DNA of 64,000 nucleotides from Escherichia coli (GTDB lineage Bacteria; Pseudomonadota; Gammaproteobacteria; Enterobacterales; Enterobacteriaceae): NCBI RefSeq assembly GCF_017348835.2, contig NZ_CP071375.1; one strand, 5' to 3'. Shown piece by piece: positions 36,147 to 46,879 of this stretch (position 1 is its first letter; each line of letters starts with the position of its first letter). The notes under the pieces were generated by a model. It saw only the letters and a program-made list of their open reading frames with translations, ran no database searches and was not told where the DNA came from. The position numbers and the translations under genes were made by a program.

Positions 36147-38969
36147 TTACAGCATCGGCTTGAGGAAGCGTGCCGTATGCGAAGCTTCGCACTCCGCGAC
36201 GGTTTCTGGCGTACCGGAGACGAGGATTTCGCCGCCGCCACTGCCGCCTTCTGGTCCCAGGTCGACAATCCAGTCAGCGGTTTTGATCACGTCGAGATTG
36301 TGCTCAATCACCACAATGGTATTGCCCTGATCGCGCAGTTTATGCAGCACGTCGAGGAGTTGCTGAATATCGGCGAAGTGCAGACCGGTGGTCGGCTCGT
36401 CGAGAATATACAGCGTCTGCCCGGTGCCGCGTTTTGACAGCTCACGCGCCAGCTTCACGCGCTGGGCTTCACCACCAGAAAGTGTGGTTGCGGACTGCCC
36501 CAGGCGAATGTACGTCAGACCAACGTCCATCAACGTTTGCAGCTTACGCGCCAGAGCTGGCACCGCATCAAAGAACTCACGCGCCTCTTCGATGGTCATA
36601 TCCAGCACTTCGTGGATGGTTTTGCCTTTGTACTTAATTTCCAGCGTTTCACGGTTATAGCGTTTACCTTTGCACTGATCGCACGGCACGTAGATATCCG
36701 GCAGGAAGTGCATCTCCACTTTGATCACACCGTCGCCCTGACAGGCTTCGCAGCGCCCGCCACGGACGTTAAAGCTGAAACGTCCTGGCGTATAACCACG
36801 CGCACGGGATTCCGGTACGCCCGCAAACAGTTCGCGCACAGGTGTAAACACGCCGGTATAGGTCGCCGGGTTAGAACGTGGAGTACGACCAATTGGGCTT
36901 TGGTCGATATCGATCACTTTATCGAAATGCTCCAGCCCCTGAATATCGCGATACGGTGCCGGTTCGGCGATGGTCGCACCATTCAACTGGCGTTGGGCAA
37001 TCGGGAACAGTGTGTCGTTAATCAGCGTCGATTTACCGGAACCTGAAACCCCTGTGATGCAGGTAAACAGACCGACTGGCAGCGTGAGCGTCACGTCCTT
37101 CAGGTTGTTGCCGCGTGCACCTGTCAGCTTCAGCACTTTTTCTGGATTCGCCGGAACGCGTTTCTTCGGCACTTCAATCTTGCGTTTACCGCTCATGTAC
37201 TGCCCGGTCAACGATTCAGGCACCGCCATAATCGCTTCCAGCGGACCTTCTGCGACCACTTCACCGCCGTGAACACCCGCACCAGGACCGATATCGATCA
37301 CATGGTCAGCGGCGCGAATTGCGTCTTCGTCATGCTCCACCACAATCACGGTATTACCGAGATCGCGCAGATGGATAAGCGTACCCAACAGGCGCTCGTT
37401 ATCGCGCTGGTGCAGGCCGATAGACGGCTCGTCCAGTACATACATAACGCCAACCAGGCCCGCACCAATCTGGCTCGCCAGACGGATACGCTGGGCTTCA
37501 CCGCCGGAAAGTGTTTCTGCCGAGCGGGAAAGTGTCAGGTAATTCAGGCCGACGTTAACGAGGAATTTCAGACGATCGCCGATCTCTTTAAGGATTTTTT
37601 CTGCAATCTTCGCCCGCTGACCTGCGAGTTTGAGATTGTTGAAGAATTCCATCGCATGACCAATGCTCATGTCGGAGATGGCGGGCAGCGGCGTATTCTC
37701 GACATACACGTGGCGCGCTTCCCGACGCAGACGCGTCCCTTCGCAGCTGGCACACGGACGATTGCTGATGAACTTGGCTAATTCTTCGCGTACCGCGCTG
37801 GACTCCGTCTCTTTATAACGGCGCTCCATATTGTGCAGCACGCCTTCGAACGGATGACGACGAATGGAGGTATCGCCACGATCGTTCATGTATTTGAATT
37901 CAATGTTTTCTTTGCCAGAACCGTACAACACCACTTTATGCACGTTCGCGCTCAGGCTGCCCCACGGAGCTTCGACGTCGAACTTATAGTGATCTGCCAG
38001 CGATTTCAGCATCTGGAAATAATAGAAGTTGCGGCGATCCCAGCCACGGATCGCACCGCCAGCCAGTGACAGCTCGGGGTTTTGGATCACGCGGTCAGGA
38101 TCGAAATATTGCTGTACGCCAAGGCCGTCACAGGTCGGGCAGGCACCTGCCGGGTTGTTAAACGAAAACAGTCGCGGCTCCAGTTCACGCATACTGTAGC
38201 CGCAAATTGGGCAGGCGAAGTTGGCGGAGAACAGCAGCTCTTCCGCTTTCGGGTCGTCCATATCCGCCACTACCGCTGTACCACCGGAAAGCTCCAGCGC
38301 GGTTTCAAACGACTCCGCAAGACGTTGGGTAAGATCGTCACGCACCTTGAAGCGATCAACCACCACTTCAATAGTGTGTTTCTTTTGCAGTTCCAGTTTC
38401 GGCGGATCGGAAAGATCGCAGACTTCGCCATCAATACGAGCACGGATGTAACCCTGGCTTGCCAGGTTCTCCAGCGTTTTGGTGTGTTCGCCTTTGCGCT
38501 CTTTAATGATTGGCGCGAGCAGCATCAGACGCTTGCCTTCCGGCTGCGACAGCACGTTATCCACCATCTGGCTGACGGTTTGCGCCGCCAGCGGGACGTC
38601 GTGGTCCGGACAGCGCGGTTCGCCGACGCGGGCGAACAACAAACGCAAATAGTCGTGGATTTCGGTGATTGTCCCCACCGTAGAACGCGGGTTATGAGAC
38701 GTCGATTTCTGCTCAATTGAGATGGCAGGAGAAAGCCCCTCAATATGATCGACGTCCGGCTTTTCCATCAGTGACAGAAACTGCCGCGCGTAGGCGGAAA
38801 GGGATTCAACGTAACGGCGCTGCCCTTCGGCATATAAGGTGTCGAAAGCGAGCGAGGATTTGCCAGAACCCGAAAGCCCGGTCACGACAATGAGCTTGTC
38901 GCGGGGGATAACGAGGTTGATGTTTTTGAGATTATGGGTGCGGGCGCCCCGAACTTCGATCTTATCCAT
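36147..38969 (-). CDS. uvrA: excinuclease ABC subunit A
   Basis: 940-aa [56 protein letters not shown]...; duplicated ABC ATPase and zinc fingers. Confidence 0.97.
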   Translation of the reverse strand: MDKIEVRGARTHNLKNINLVIPRDKLIVVTGLSGSGKSSLAFDTLYAEGQRRYVESLSAYARQFLSLMEKPDVDHIEGLSPAISIEQKSTSHNPRSTVGTITEIHDYLRLLFARVGEPRCPDHDVPLAAQTVSQMVDNVLSQPEGKRLMLLAPIIKERKGEHTKTLENLASQGYIRARIDGEVCDLSDPPKLELQKKHTIEVVVDRFKVRDDLTQRLAESFETALELSGGTAVVADMDDPKAEELLFSANFACPICGYSMRELEPRLFSFNNPAGACPTCDGLGVQQYFDPDRVIQNPELSLAGGAIRGWDRRNFYYFQMLKSLADHYKFDVEAPWGSLSANVHKVVLYGSGKENIEFKYMNDRGDTSIRRHPFEGVLHNMERRYKETESSAVREELAKFISNRPCASCEGTRLRREARHVYVENTPLPAISDMSIGHAMEFFNNLKLAGQRAKIAEKILKEIGDRLKFLVNVGLNYLTLSRSAETLSGGEAQRIRLASQIGAGLVGVMYVLDEPSIGLHQRDNERLLGTLIHLRDLGNTVIVVEHDEDAIRAADHVIDIGPGAGVHGGEVVAEGPLEAIMAVPESLTGQYMSGKRKIEVPKKRVPANPEKVLKLTGARGNNLKDVTLTLPVGLFTCITGVSGSGKSTLINDTLFPIAQRQLNGATIAEPAPYRDIQGLEHFDKVIDIDQSPIGRTPRSNPATYTGVFTPVRELFAGVPESRARGYTPGRFSFNVRGGRCEACQGDGVIKVEMHFLPDIYVPCDQCKGKRYNRETLEIKYKGKTIHEVLDMTIEEAREFFDAVPALARKLQTLMDVGLTYIRLGQSATTLSGGEAQRVKLARELSKRGTGQTLYILDEPTTGLHFADIQQLLDVLHKLRDQGNTIVVIEHNLDVIKTADWIVDLGPEGGSGGGEILVSGTPETVAECEASHTARFLKPML

Positions 38970-39050
38970 TCACCTTTCCCGGATTAAACGCTTTTTTGCC
39001 CGGTGGCATGGTGCTACCGGCGATCACAAACGGTTAATTATGACACAAAT

Positions 39051-39072
39051 TGACCTGAATGAATATACAGTA
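39051..39072. promoter_or_regulatory. LexA box shared by divergent uvrA and ssb promoters
   Basis: tgacCTGAATGAATATACAGta; reverse complement is TACTGTATATTCATTCAGGTCA. Confidence 0.9.
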
Positions 39073-39223
39073 TTGGAATGCATTACCCGGAGTGTTGTGT
39101 AACAATGTCTGGCCAGGTTTGTTTCCCGGAACCGAGGTCACAACATAGTAAAAGCGCTATTGGTAATGGTACAATCGCGCGTTTACACTTATTCAGAACG
39201 ATTTTTTTTCAGGAGACACGAAC

Positions 39224-39760
39224 ATGGCCAGCAGAGGCGTAAACAAGGTTATTCTCGTTGGTAATCTGGGTCAGGACCCGGAAGTACGCTACATGCCAAA
39301 TGGTGGCGCAGTTGCCAACATTACGCTGGCTACTTCCGAATCCTGGCGTGATAAAGCGACCGGCGAGATGAAAGAGCAGACTGAATGGCACCGCGTTGTG
39401 CTGTTCGGCAAACTGGCAGAAGTGGCCAGCGAATATCTGCGTAAAGGTTCTCAGGTTTATATCGAAGGTCAGCTGCGTACCCGTAAATGGACCGATCAAT
39501 CCGGTCAGGATCGCTACACCACTGAAGTGGTGGTGAACGTTGGCGGCACCATGCAGATGCTGGGTGGTCGTCAGGGTGGCGGCGCTCCGGCAGGTGGTAA
39601 TATCGGTGGCGGTCAGCCACAGGGCGGTTGGGGTCAGCCTCAGCAGCCGCAGGGTGGCAATCAGTTCAGCGGCGGCGCGCAGTCTCGCCCGCAGCAGTCC
39701 GCCCCGGCAGCGCCGTCTAACGAGCCGCCGATGGATTTTGATGACGATATTCCGTTCTGA
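39224..39760 (+). CDS. ssb: single-stranded DNA-binding protein
   Basis: 178-aa [47 protein letters not shown]... with Gly/Gln/Pro-rich tail ending DFDDDIPF. Confidence 0.97.
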   Translation: MASRGVNKVILVGNLGQDPEVRYMPNGGAVANITLATSESWRDKATGEMKEQTEWHRVVLFGKLAEVASEYLRKGSQVYIEGQLRTRKWTDQSGQDRYTTEVVVNVGGTMQMLGGRQGGGAPAGGNIGGGQPQGGWGQPQQPQGGNQFSGGAQSRPQQSAPAAPSNEPPMDFDDDIPF

Positions 39761-39828
39761 TTTGTCATTAAAACAATAGGTTATATTGTTTTAAGGTGGA
39801 TGATTAAAGCATCTGCCAGCCATAAAAA

Positions 39829-39853
39829 AGAAGCCTCCGTTATGGAGGCTTCT
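39829..39853. terminator. stem-loop between ssb and yjcB
   Basis: aagaagcctccgttatggaggcttct hairpin. Confidence 0.7.
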
Positions 39854-39858
39854 ACGTA

Positions 39859-40140
39859 TCAGGTCAAAATCATTGGCCATTGTGGCGGTGTCTGATTCAT
39901 CTCTTCAATCATCACCGACTCGATGTTGTGCCAGATGGCGGTGATATCCGCCATTGTGATGCCAAGCAACCCCATCGCGAACCAGCAGGCGGAAACCACG
40001 CCCAGACCGCTGCTGATCACCGCAAGCCCGACATAATCAGACCGACGAAAACGGATGTTGAGCGTGCTGGCCAGAAACATCATTACGGCACTAAGAAGTT
40101 GCCAGCGAAGAAGAACCACGCCAGTGGTGAGGGTAGCCAT
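39859..40140 (-). CDS. yjcB: small inner-membrane protein YjcB
   Basis: MATLTTGVVLLRWQLLSAVMMFLASTLNIRFRRSDYVGLAVISSGLG...; 93 codons inside listed ORF 39859..40239. Confidence 0.7.
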   Translation of the reverse strand: MATLTTGVVLLRWQLLSAVMMFLASTLNIRFRRSDYVGLAVISSGLGVVSACWFAMGLLGITMADITAIWHNIESVMIEEMNQTPPQWPMILT

Positions 40141-40568
40141 CAAACAATTCCTCTGAAAAGAGCCGATGCCCTGGACAGCGCGGCGTTGTTCACGGGAGGC
40201 GTGGTACACTCTGGCTATCGCGGGGCTTGCAGAACACAAAAATGAAACACTCTGTTTGTTTCATTAATTTTGTGAACTATATCACAATTGATTGTTTGTT
40301 AGCCATATTAGGACGTGACTTTTATTGCTGTACAAATTATGTGGTTTTTCAGTGGCATTAAGGGTATATCTTCCCGCCGCCTCTGTATTCCTGTAGAAAA
40401 TTAATTTTGAATATCAATGAATTATTTTCATCCAGGTGACGATTAAAAAGGTATCAATTTCAAATCAGGCAAAAGTGCTATTTATACCGTAAGATTTATC
40501 TAAAGACGTCGGTAGCCAGGGTTTCACCTTGCAATGGCCGGGTATAAACAGGCAGGAAATTGATAGCA

Positions 40569-42155
40569 ATGAGTCATCGTGCACGACACCAATTACTGGC
40601 GTTGCCGGGCATTATATTTTTAGTTCTCTTTCCCATCATTCTGTCGCTATGGATTGCCTTCCTTTGGGCAAAATCAGAAGTGAATAATCAGCTCCGAACC
40701 TTTGCTCAGCTGGCGCTGGATAAATCTGAGCTGGTCATTCGTCAGGCAGATTTAGTGAGCGATGCAGCTGAACGCTATCAGGGGCAAGTTTGCTCCCCAG
40801 CCCATCAAAAGCGAATGTTAAATATTATTCGTGGCTATCTTTATATTAATGAATTGATCTATGCCCGTGATAACCATTTTTTATGCTCATCGCTGATAGC
40901 GCCTGTAAACGGCTATACGATTGCACCGGCCGATTATAAGCGTGACCCTAACGTTTCTATCTATTATTACCGCGATACGCCTTTTTTCTCTGGCTATAAA
41001 ATGACCTATATGCAGCGGGGAAATTATGTGGCGGTTATCAACCCTCTCTTCTGGAGTGAAGTGATGTCTGATGATCCGACATTGCAATGGGGTGTGTATG
41101 ATACGGTGACGAAAACCTTTTTCTCGTTAAGCAATGAGGCCTCGGCAGCAACGTTTTCTCCGCTGATTCATTTGAAGGATTTAACCGTACAACGAAATGG
41201 CTATTTATATGCGACAGTTTATTCGACAAAACGCCCAATTGCAGCCATTGTTGCGACTTCATATCAACGTCTTATAACCCATTTTTATAATCATCTTATT
41301 TTTGCGTTACCCGCCGGTATTTTAGGGAGTCTTGTTCTGCTATTACTCTGGCTACGTATTCGACAAAACTATTTGTCTCCCAAACGCAAATTGCAACGCG
41401 CCCTCGACAAACATCAACTTTGCCTTTATTACCAGCCAATAATCGATATCAAAACAGAAAAATGTATCGGTGCTGAAGCGTTGTTACGTTGGCCTGGTGA
41501 GCAGGGGCAAGTAATGAATCCGGCAGAGTTTATTCCGCTGGCAGAAAAGGAGGGGATGATAGAACAGGTAACTGATTATGTTATTGATAATGTCTTCCGC
41601 GATCTGGGCGCGTACCTGGCAACACATGCCGATCGCTATGTTTCTATTAACCTGTCGGCCTCCGATTTTCATACGTCACGGTTGATAGCGCGAATCAATC
41701 AGAAAACAGAGCAACATGCGGTGCGCCCGCAGCAAATTAAATTTGAAGTGACTGAACATGCATTTCTTGATGTTGACAAAATGACGCCGATTATTCTGGC
41801 TTTCCGCCAGGCTGGTTACGAAGTGGCAATTGATGATTTTGGTATTGGCTACTCTAACTTGCATAACCTTAAATCATTGAATGTCGATATTTTGAAAATC
41901 GATAAATCGTTTGTTGAGACGCTGACCACCCATAAAACCAGTCATTTGATTGCGGAACATATCATCGAGCTGGCGCACAGCCTGGGGTTAAAAACGATCG
42001 CTGAAGGCGTCGAAACTGAGGAGCAGGTAAACTGGCTGCGCAAACGCGGTGTGCGCTATTGCCAGGGATGGTTCTTTGCGAAGGCGATGCCGCCGCAGGT
42101 GTTTATGCAATGGATGGAGCAATTACCCGCGCGGGAGTTAACGCGCGGGCAATAA
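40569..42155 (+). CDS. pdeC: c-di-GMP phosphodiesterase (CSS-motif sensor plus EAL domain)
   Basis: [31 protein letters not shown]...; EAL-domain signatures ([24 protein letters not shown]). Confidence 0.85.
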   Translation: MSHRARHQLLALPGIIFLVLFPIILSLWIAFLWAKSEVNNQLRTFAQLALDKSELVIRQADLVSDAAERYQGQVCSPAHQKRMLNIIRGYLYINELIYARDNHFLCSSLIAPVNGYTIAPADYKRDPNVSIYYYRDTPFFSGYKMTYMQRGNYVAVINPLFWSEVMSDDPTLQWGVYDTVTKTFFSLSNEASAATFSPLIHLKDLTVQRNGYLYATVYSTKRPIAAIVATSYQRLITHFYNHLIFALPAGILGSLVLLLLWLRIRQNYLSPKRKLQRALDKHQLCLYYQPIIDIKTEKCIGAEALLRWPGEQGQVMNPAEFIPLAEKEGMIEQVTDYVIDNVFRDLGAYLATHADRYVSINLSASDFHTSRLIARINQKTEQHAVRPQQIKFEVTEHAFLDVDKMTPIILAFRQAGYEVAIDDFGIGYSNLHNLKSLNVDILKIDKSFVETLTTHKTSHLIAEHIIELAHSLGLKTIAEGVETEEQVNWLRKRGVRYCQGWFFAKAMPPQVFMQWMEQLPARELTRGQ

Positions 42156-42157
42156 AA

Positions 42158-42481
42158 CTACAGGCGGTGGCGATAATCGCTGGGAGTGCGATCAAACTGC
42201 CGACGGAAAACGCGGGAGAAGGTCTGCTGCGAGACATAACCCAGGTCCATTGCGATATCAAAAATCGGACGCTCGGTGGTGCGCAACTCAACGGCGGCCA
42301 GTAACAGGCGGCGTTGGCGAATGTAATCGCCAAGCGTCTGATGCGTCACCGTGCGGAACATCCGTTGCAAGTACCACTTTGAATAGCCTGATTTTTTTGC
42401 GACGACATCAATGTTAAGCGGCTGGTCAATATGCTCGTCAATCCATGCGATAAGATCCTGAATAATTTTCTGATGGGACAT
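42158..42481 (-). CDS. soxS: superoxide-response AraC-family activator SoxS
   Basis: 107-aa ORF MSHQKIIQDLIAWIDEHIDQPLNIDVVAKKSGYSKWYLQRMFRTVTHQTLGDYIRQRR... Confidence 0.95.
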   Translation of the reverse strand: MSHQKIIQDLIAWIDEHIDQPLNIDVVAKKSGYSKWYLQRMFRTVTHQTLGDYIRQRRLLLAAVELRTTERPIFDIAMDLGYVSQQTFSRVFRRQFDRTPSDYRHRL

Positions 42482-42537
42482 AAATCTGCCTCTTTTCAGT
42501 GTTCAGTTCGTTAATTCATCTGTTGGGGAGTATAATT

Positions 42538-42555
42538 CCTCAAGTTAACTTGAGG
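42538..42555. promoter_or_regulatory. SoxR operator within the soxS promoter
   Basis: perfect 18-bp palindrome cctcaagttaacttgagg between divergent soxS and soxR. Confidence 0.9.
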
Positions 42556-42566
42556 TAAAGCGATTT

Positions 42567-43031
42567 ATGGAAAAGAAATTACCCCGCATTAAAGCGCTGC
42601 TAACCCCCGGCGAAGTGGCGAAACGCAGCGGTGTGGCGGTATCGGCGCTGCATTTCTATGAAAGCAAAGGGTTGATTACCAGTATCCGTAATAGCGGCAA
42701 TCAGCGACGATATAAACGTGATGTGTTGCGATATGTCGCAATTATCAAAATTGCTCAGCGTATTGGCATTCCTCTCGCGACCATTGGTGAAGCGTTTGGC
42801 GTGTTGCCCGAAGGGCATACGTTAAGTGCGAAAGAGTGGAAACAGCTTTCGTCCCAATGGCGAGAAGAGTTGGATCGGCGCATTCATACCTTAGTGGCGC
42901 TGCGTGACGAACTGGACGGATGTATTGGTTGTGGCTGCCTTTCGCGCAGTGATTGCCCGTTGCGTAACCCGGGCGACCGCTTAGGAGAAGAAGGTACCGG
43001 CGCACGCTTGCTGGAAGATGAACAAAACTAA
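42567..43031 (+). CDS. soxR: redox-sensing MerR-family regulator SoxR ([2Fe-2S])
   Basis: 154-aa [40 protein letters not shown]... with C-terminal [12 protein letters not shown] cluster. Confidence 0.95.
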   Translation: MEKKLPRIKALLTPGEVAKRSGVAVSALHFYESKGLITSIRNSGNQRRYKRDVLRYVAIIKIAQRIGIPLATIGEAFGVLPEGHTLSAKEWKQLSSQWREELDRRIHTLVALRDELDGCIGCGCLSRSDCPLRNPGDRLGEEGTGARLLEDEQN

Positions 43032-43060
43032 AGCGCCACAAGGGCGCTTTAGTTTGTTTT
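43029..43060. terminator. rho-independent terminator after soxR (possibly bidirectional)
   Basis: aaagcgccacaagggcgcttt hairpin followed by agtttgtttt. Confidence 0.8.
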
Positions 43061-43175
43061 CCGGTCTTTGTCTTTCTCTCTATCCCGCTGGTACACAGGA
43101 GGGTTTCCCCCGACGTCAACACACCTCATTCGAGCACGTGGTGGAGGTTCCGGTTGGTGTTGATGCTTTAATTGT
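43030..43175 (-). ncRNA. sraL: approximate location of sRNA SraL/RyjA (placed by genomic context only)
   Basis: known to lie between soxR and yjcD/ghxP, antisense to both and sharing the soxR terminator; boundaries not verifiable by eye. Confidence 0.3.
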
Positions 43176-43576
43176 ATGTCACCGACGTTTCTTCGCCAGT
43201 GTAAAAGTATACTTTTTAGCCGCAATATTTTTGTCATCTCAGACGATTTTTTATCGCAATCCTGAACGGTATACGGCTCGATAACGCTGCAATCTTGCGC
43301 ATCGACGATAACGTTTGCGCATCAATTGCCTGGTTTTTCATCGTCAAGACAATAAAAGAGAAAAAAGCAGCAAACTTCGGTTGAAAAAGCCGCTATGATC
43401 GCCGGATAATCGTTTGCTTTTTTTACCACCCGTTTTGTATGCGCGGAGCTAAACGTTTGCTTTTTTGCGACGCAGCAAATTGTCGCAAACCTGGAGCAGG
43501 AAGATAACGTTTCGCTGGCAGGGGATTGTCCGCCACGCATCTTGACGAAAATTAAACTCTCAGGGGATGTTTTCTT

Positions 43577-44926
43577 ATGTCTACGCCATCAGCGCGTACC
43601 GGCGGTTCACTCGACGCCTGGTTTAAAATTTCACAACGTGGAAGCACTGTCCGTCAGGAAGTGGTTGCCGGGTTAACAACGTTTCTGGCGATGGTCTACT
43701 CGGTCATCGTCGTTCCAGGTATGTTGGGTAAAGCAGGCTTCCCGCCTGCGGCAGTTTTCGTTGCAACCTGTCTGGTTGCCGGACTCGGTTCTATCGTGAT
43801 GGGTCTGTGGGCTAATCTGCCGTTGGCGATTGGTTGCGCCATCTCCCTGACGGCGTTTACCGCATTCAGCCTGGTGCTGGGGCAACATATTAGCGTACCT
43901 GTCGCGCTGGGTGCCGTGTTCCTGATGGGTGTGCTGTTTACGGTAATTTCTGCCACGGGTATCCGTAGCTGGATTTTGCGCAACTTGCCGCACGGTGTGG
44001 CGCACGGCACGGGGATCGGTATCGGTCTGTTCCTGCTGCTGATTGCTGCTAATGGTGTCGGTCTGGTGATTAAAAACCCGCTTGATGGTCTGCCCGTTGC
44101 GCTGGGTGATTTCGCGACCTTCCCGGTGATTATGTCACTGGTAGGTCTGGCGGTGATCATCGGCCTGGAAAAACTGAAAGTCCCTGGTGGCATTCTGCTG
44201 ACCATTATCGGTATTTCAATTGTCGGTTTGATCTTCGATCCTAACGTCCATTTCTCAGGCGTTTTCGCCATGCCTTCATTGAGCGATGAAAACGGCAATT
44301 CACTGATTGGCAGCCTGGACATTATGGGCGCGCTGAATCCTGTAGTCCTGCCAAGCGTTCTGGCGCTGGTGATGACGGCAGTATTTGATGCCACCGGAAC
44401 TATCCGCGCTGTCGCCGGCCAGGCGAACCTGCTGGATAAAGATGGGCAGATCATCGACGGCGGGAAAGCACTGACCACTGACTCCATGAGCAGCGTTTTC
44501 TCTGGCCTGGTGGGTGCAGCTCCGGCAGCGGTATACATCGAGTCTGCGGCGGGTACGGCGGCGGGCGGTAAAACCGGGTTGACGGCTATCACCGTTGGCG
44601 TGCTGTTCCTGCTGATTCTGTTCCTCTCTCCGCTTTCTTACCTCGTTCCGGGGTATGCAACGGCTCCGGCGCTGATGTACGTTGGCCTGCTGATGCTGAG
44701 CAACGTGGCGAAAATCGACTTTGCTGATTTTGTTGATGCGATGGCGGGTCTGGTTACGGCGGTATTCATCGTGCTGACCTGTAACATCGTAACAGGCATC
44801 ATGATCGGCTTCGCGACTCTGGTGATTGGTCGTCTGGTTTCCGGTGAATGGCGCAAGTTGAACATCGGTACGGTCGTTATCGCCGTGGCGCTGGTGACCT
44901 TCTATGCGGGTGGCTGGGCTATCTAA
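43577..44926 (+). CDS. ghxP: guanine/hypoxanthine permease (NCS2/AzgA family)
   Basis: 449-aa [54 protein letters not shown]... Confidence 0.9.
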
Positions 44927-45076
44927 TCTTTCATCGGATTCTGAAAACGGGTGGCAATGGCTGCCCGTTTTTATTTTCTCCGCACATTGTGTGAGCTTTT
45001 GCGATATTCTGAAAAAATGAGAATTCAGGCATAACGTCTTTCTCAGATCATAAAAAACATCGCAAACAGGGAACGC

Positions 45077-46726
45077 ATGGAAATCTTCTTCACCATACTG
45101 ATAATGACCCTCGTGGTCTCGCTGTCCGGGGTGGTCACTCGTGTCATGCCCTTTCAGATCCCGCTTCCGCTTATGCAAATCGCCATCGGTGCGCTACTGG
45201 CGTGGCCGACGTTTGGTTTGCATGTGGAGTTTGATCCTGAACTCTTTTTAGTCTTGTTTATCCCGCCGTTGCTGTTCGCTGATGGCTGGAAAACGCCGAC
45301 CCGTGAATTTCTCGAACATGGTCGAGAGATTTTCGGCCTCGCACTGGCGCTGGTGGTGGTCACCGTGGTCGGCATTGGCTTCCTTATTTACTGGGTGGTG
45401 CCGGGCATTCCGCTGATCCCCGCATTTGCGCTGGCGGCAGTGCTTTCTCCGACCGATGCTGTGGCGCTCTCCGGGATTGTTGGCGAAGGGCGCATCCCGA
45501 AAAAAATCATGGGTATTTTGCAGGGCGAAGCGTTGATGAATGACGCCTCCGGCCTGGTGTCGTTGAAGTTTGCCGTGGCAGTGGCGATGGGGACGATGAT
45601 CTTCACCGTTGGCGGTGCGACGGTCGAATTTATGAAAGTAGCCATTGGCGGTATTCTTGCCGGTTTTGTGGTGAGCTGGCTGTATGGTCGCTCGCTGCGA
45701 TTCCTCAGCCGCTGGGGCGGTGATGAACCCGCGACGCAGATCGTCCTGCTGTTCCTGCTGCCATTCGCTTCTTATCTGATTGCCGAACATATTGGCGTTT
45801 CCGGCATCCTCGCTGCGGTTGCCGCCGGGATGACCATCACCCGCTCCGGTGTGATGCGCCGTGCGCCACTGGCAATGCGCCTGCGTGCAAACAGCACCTG
45901 GGCGATGCTGGAATTTGTCTTTAACGGCATGGTGTTCCTGCTGTTAGGTCTGCAGCTGCCGGGTATTCTGGAGACGTCGCTGATGGCAGCAGAAATCGAC
46001 CCTAACGTCGAAATCTGGATGCTGTTTACAGATATTATTCTGATATATGCGGCGCTGATGCTGGTCCGTTTCGGCTGGCTGTGGACGATGAAAAAGTTCA
46101 GCAACCGCTTCCTGAAGAAGAAGCCGATGGAGTTTGGTTCGTGGACCACACGAGAAATCCTGATCGCGTCTTTCGCTGGGGTGCGTGGGGCGATCACTCT
46201 GGCCGGTGTGCTCTCTATCCCGCTGCTCTTGCCGGATGGTAACGTCTTCCCGGCGCGCTATGAGCTGGTGTTCCTGGCGGCTGGCGTCATTCTCTTCTCG
46301 CTGTTTGTCGGCGTGGTGATGTTGCCTATTCTGCTACAACACATTGAAGTCGCGGACCATTCGCAACAATTGAAAGAAGAACGTATTGCGCGAGCGGCAA
46401 CGGCAGAAGTGGCGATTGTGGCGATCCAGAAAATGGAGGAGCGTCTGGCGGCGGATACCGAAGAGAATATCGATAACCAGCTGCTTACGGAGGTCAGTTC
46501 TCGCGTCATTGGTAACCTGCGTCGTCGCGCCGATGGACGTAACGACGTTGAAAGTTCCGTGCAGGAAGAGAACCTTGAGCGTCGCTTCCGTCTGGCGGCA
46601 TTGCGTTCTGAACGTGCTGAACTGTACCACCTGCGCGCCACGCGGGAGATCAGCAACGAAACGCTGCAAAAATTACTGCACGATCTCGATTTGCTTGAAG
46701 CGTTGCTAATTGAGGAAAATCAGTAA
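45077..46726 (+). CDS. yjcE: putative Na+/H+ exchanger (CPA1 family)
   Basis: 549-aa multi-TM ORF MEIFFTILIMTLVVSLSGVVTRVMPFQIPLPLMQIAIGALLAWP... with charged C-terminal tail. Confidence 0.9.
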   Translation: MEIFFTILIMTLVVSLSGVVTRVMPFQIPLPLMQIAIGALLAWPTFGLHVEFDPELFLVLFIPPLLFADGWKTPTREFLEHGREIFGLALALVVVTVVGIGFLIYWVVPGIPLIPAFALAAVLSPTDAVALSGIVGEGRIPKKIMGILQGEALMNDASGLVSLKFAVAVAMGTMIFTVGGATVEFMKVAIGGILAGFVVSWLYGRSLRFLSRWGGDEPATQIVLLFLLPFASYLIAEHIGVSGILAAVAAGMTITRSGVMRRAPLAMRLRANSTWAMLEFVFNGMVFLLLGLQLPGILETSLMAAEIDPNVEIWMLFTDIILIYAALMLVRFGWLWTMKKFSNRFLKKKPMEFGSWTTREILIASFAGVRGAITLAGVLSIPLLLPDGNVFPARYELVFLAAGVILFSLFVGVVMLPILLQHIEVADHSQQLKEERIARAATAEVAIVAIQKMEERLAADTEENIDNQLLTEVSSRVIGNLRRRADGRNDVESSVQEENLERRFRLAALRSERAELYHLRATREISNETLQKLLHDLDLLEALLIEENQ

Positions 46727-46762
46727 GCCGAAAGCGACGTAACCAGGCCCGAGGTAATCTGA

Positions 46763-46788
46763 AAAAGGTGCAATCTTTTGCACCTTTA
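46763..46788. terminator. bidirectional terminator between yjcE and yjcF
   Basis: aaaggtgcaatcttttgcaccttt hairpin. Confidence 0.75.
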
Positions 46789-46879
46789 ACAGGTTAGCTC
46801 GGGCTAACATTCATGATTCTAAAACAAATAAGTTATCTCTCTTGTAAAGTCAATTCATTGGCTGTTCTTCGACTTAACC

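Noticed and set aside
36177-38743. Series of long antisense ORFs (up to 212 aa) inside uvrA
   Set aside because: uvrA is a 940-codon conserved gene; long antisense frames are expected in GC-rich coding DNA and none has a convincing start context.
43696-45178. 298-aa and 292-aa minus-strand ORFs overlapping ghxP and the ghxP-yjcE junction
   Set aside because: They are antisense to the permease gene, with low-complexity Pro/Thr/Arg-rich translations typical of wrong-frame reading.
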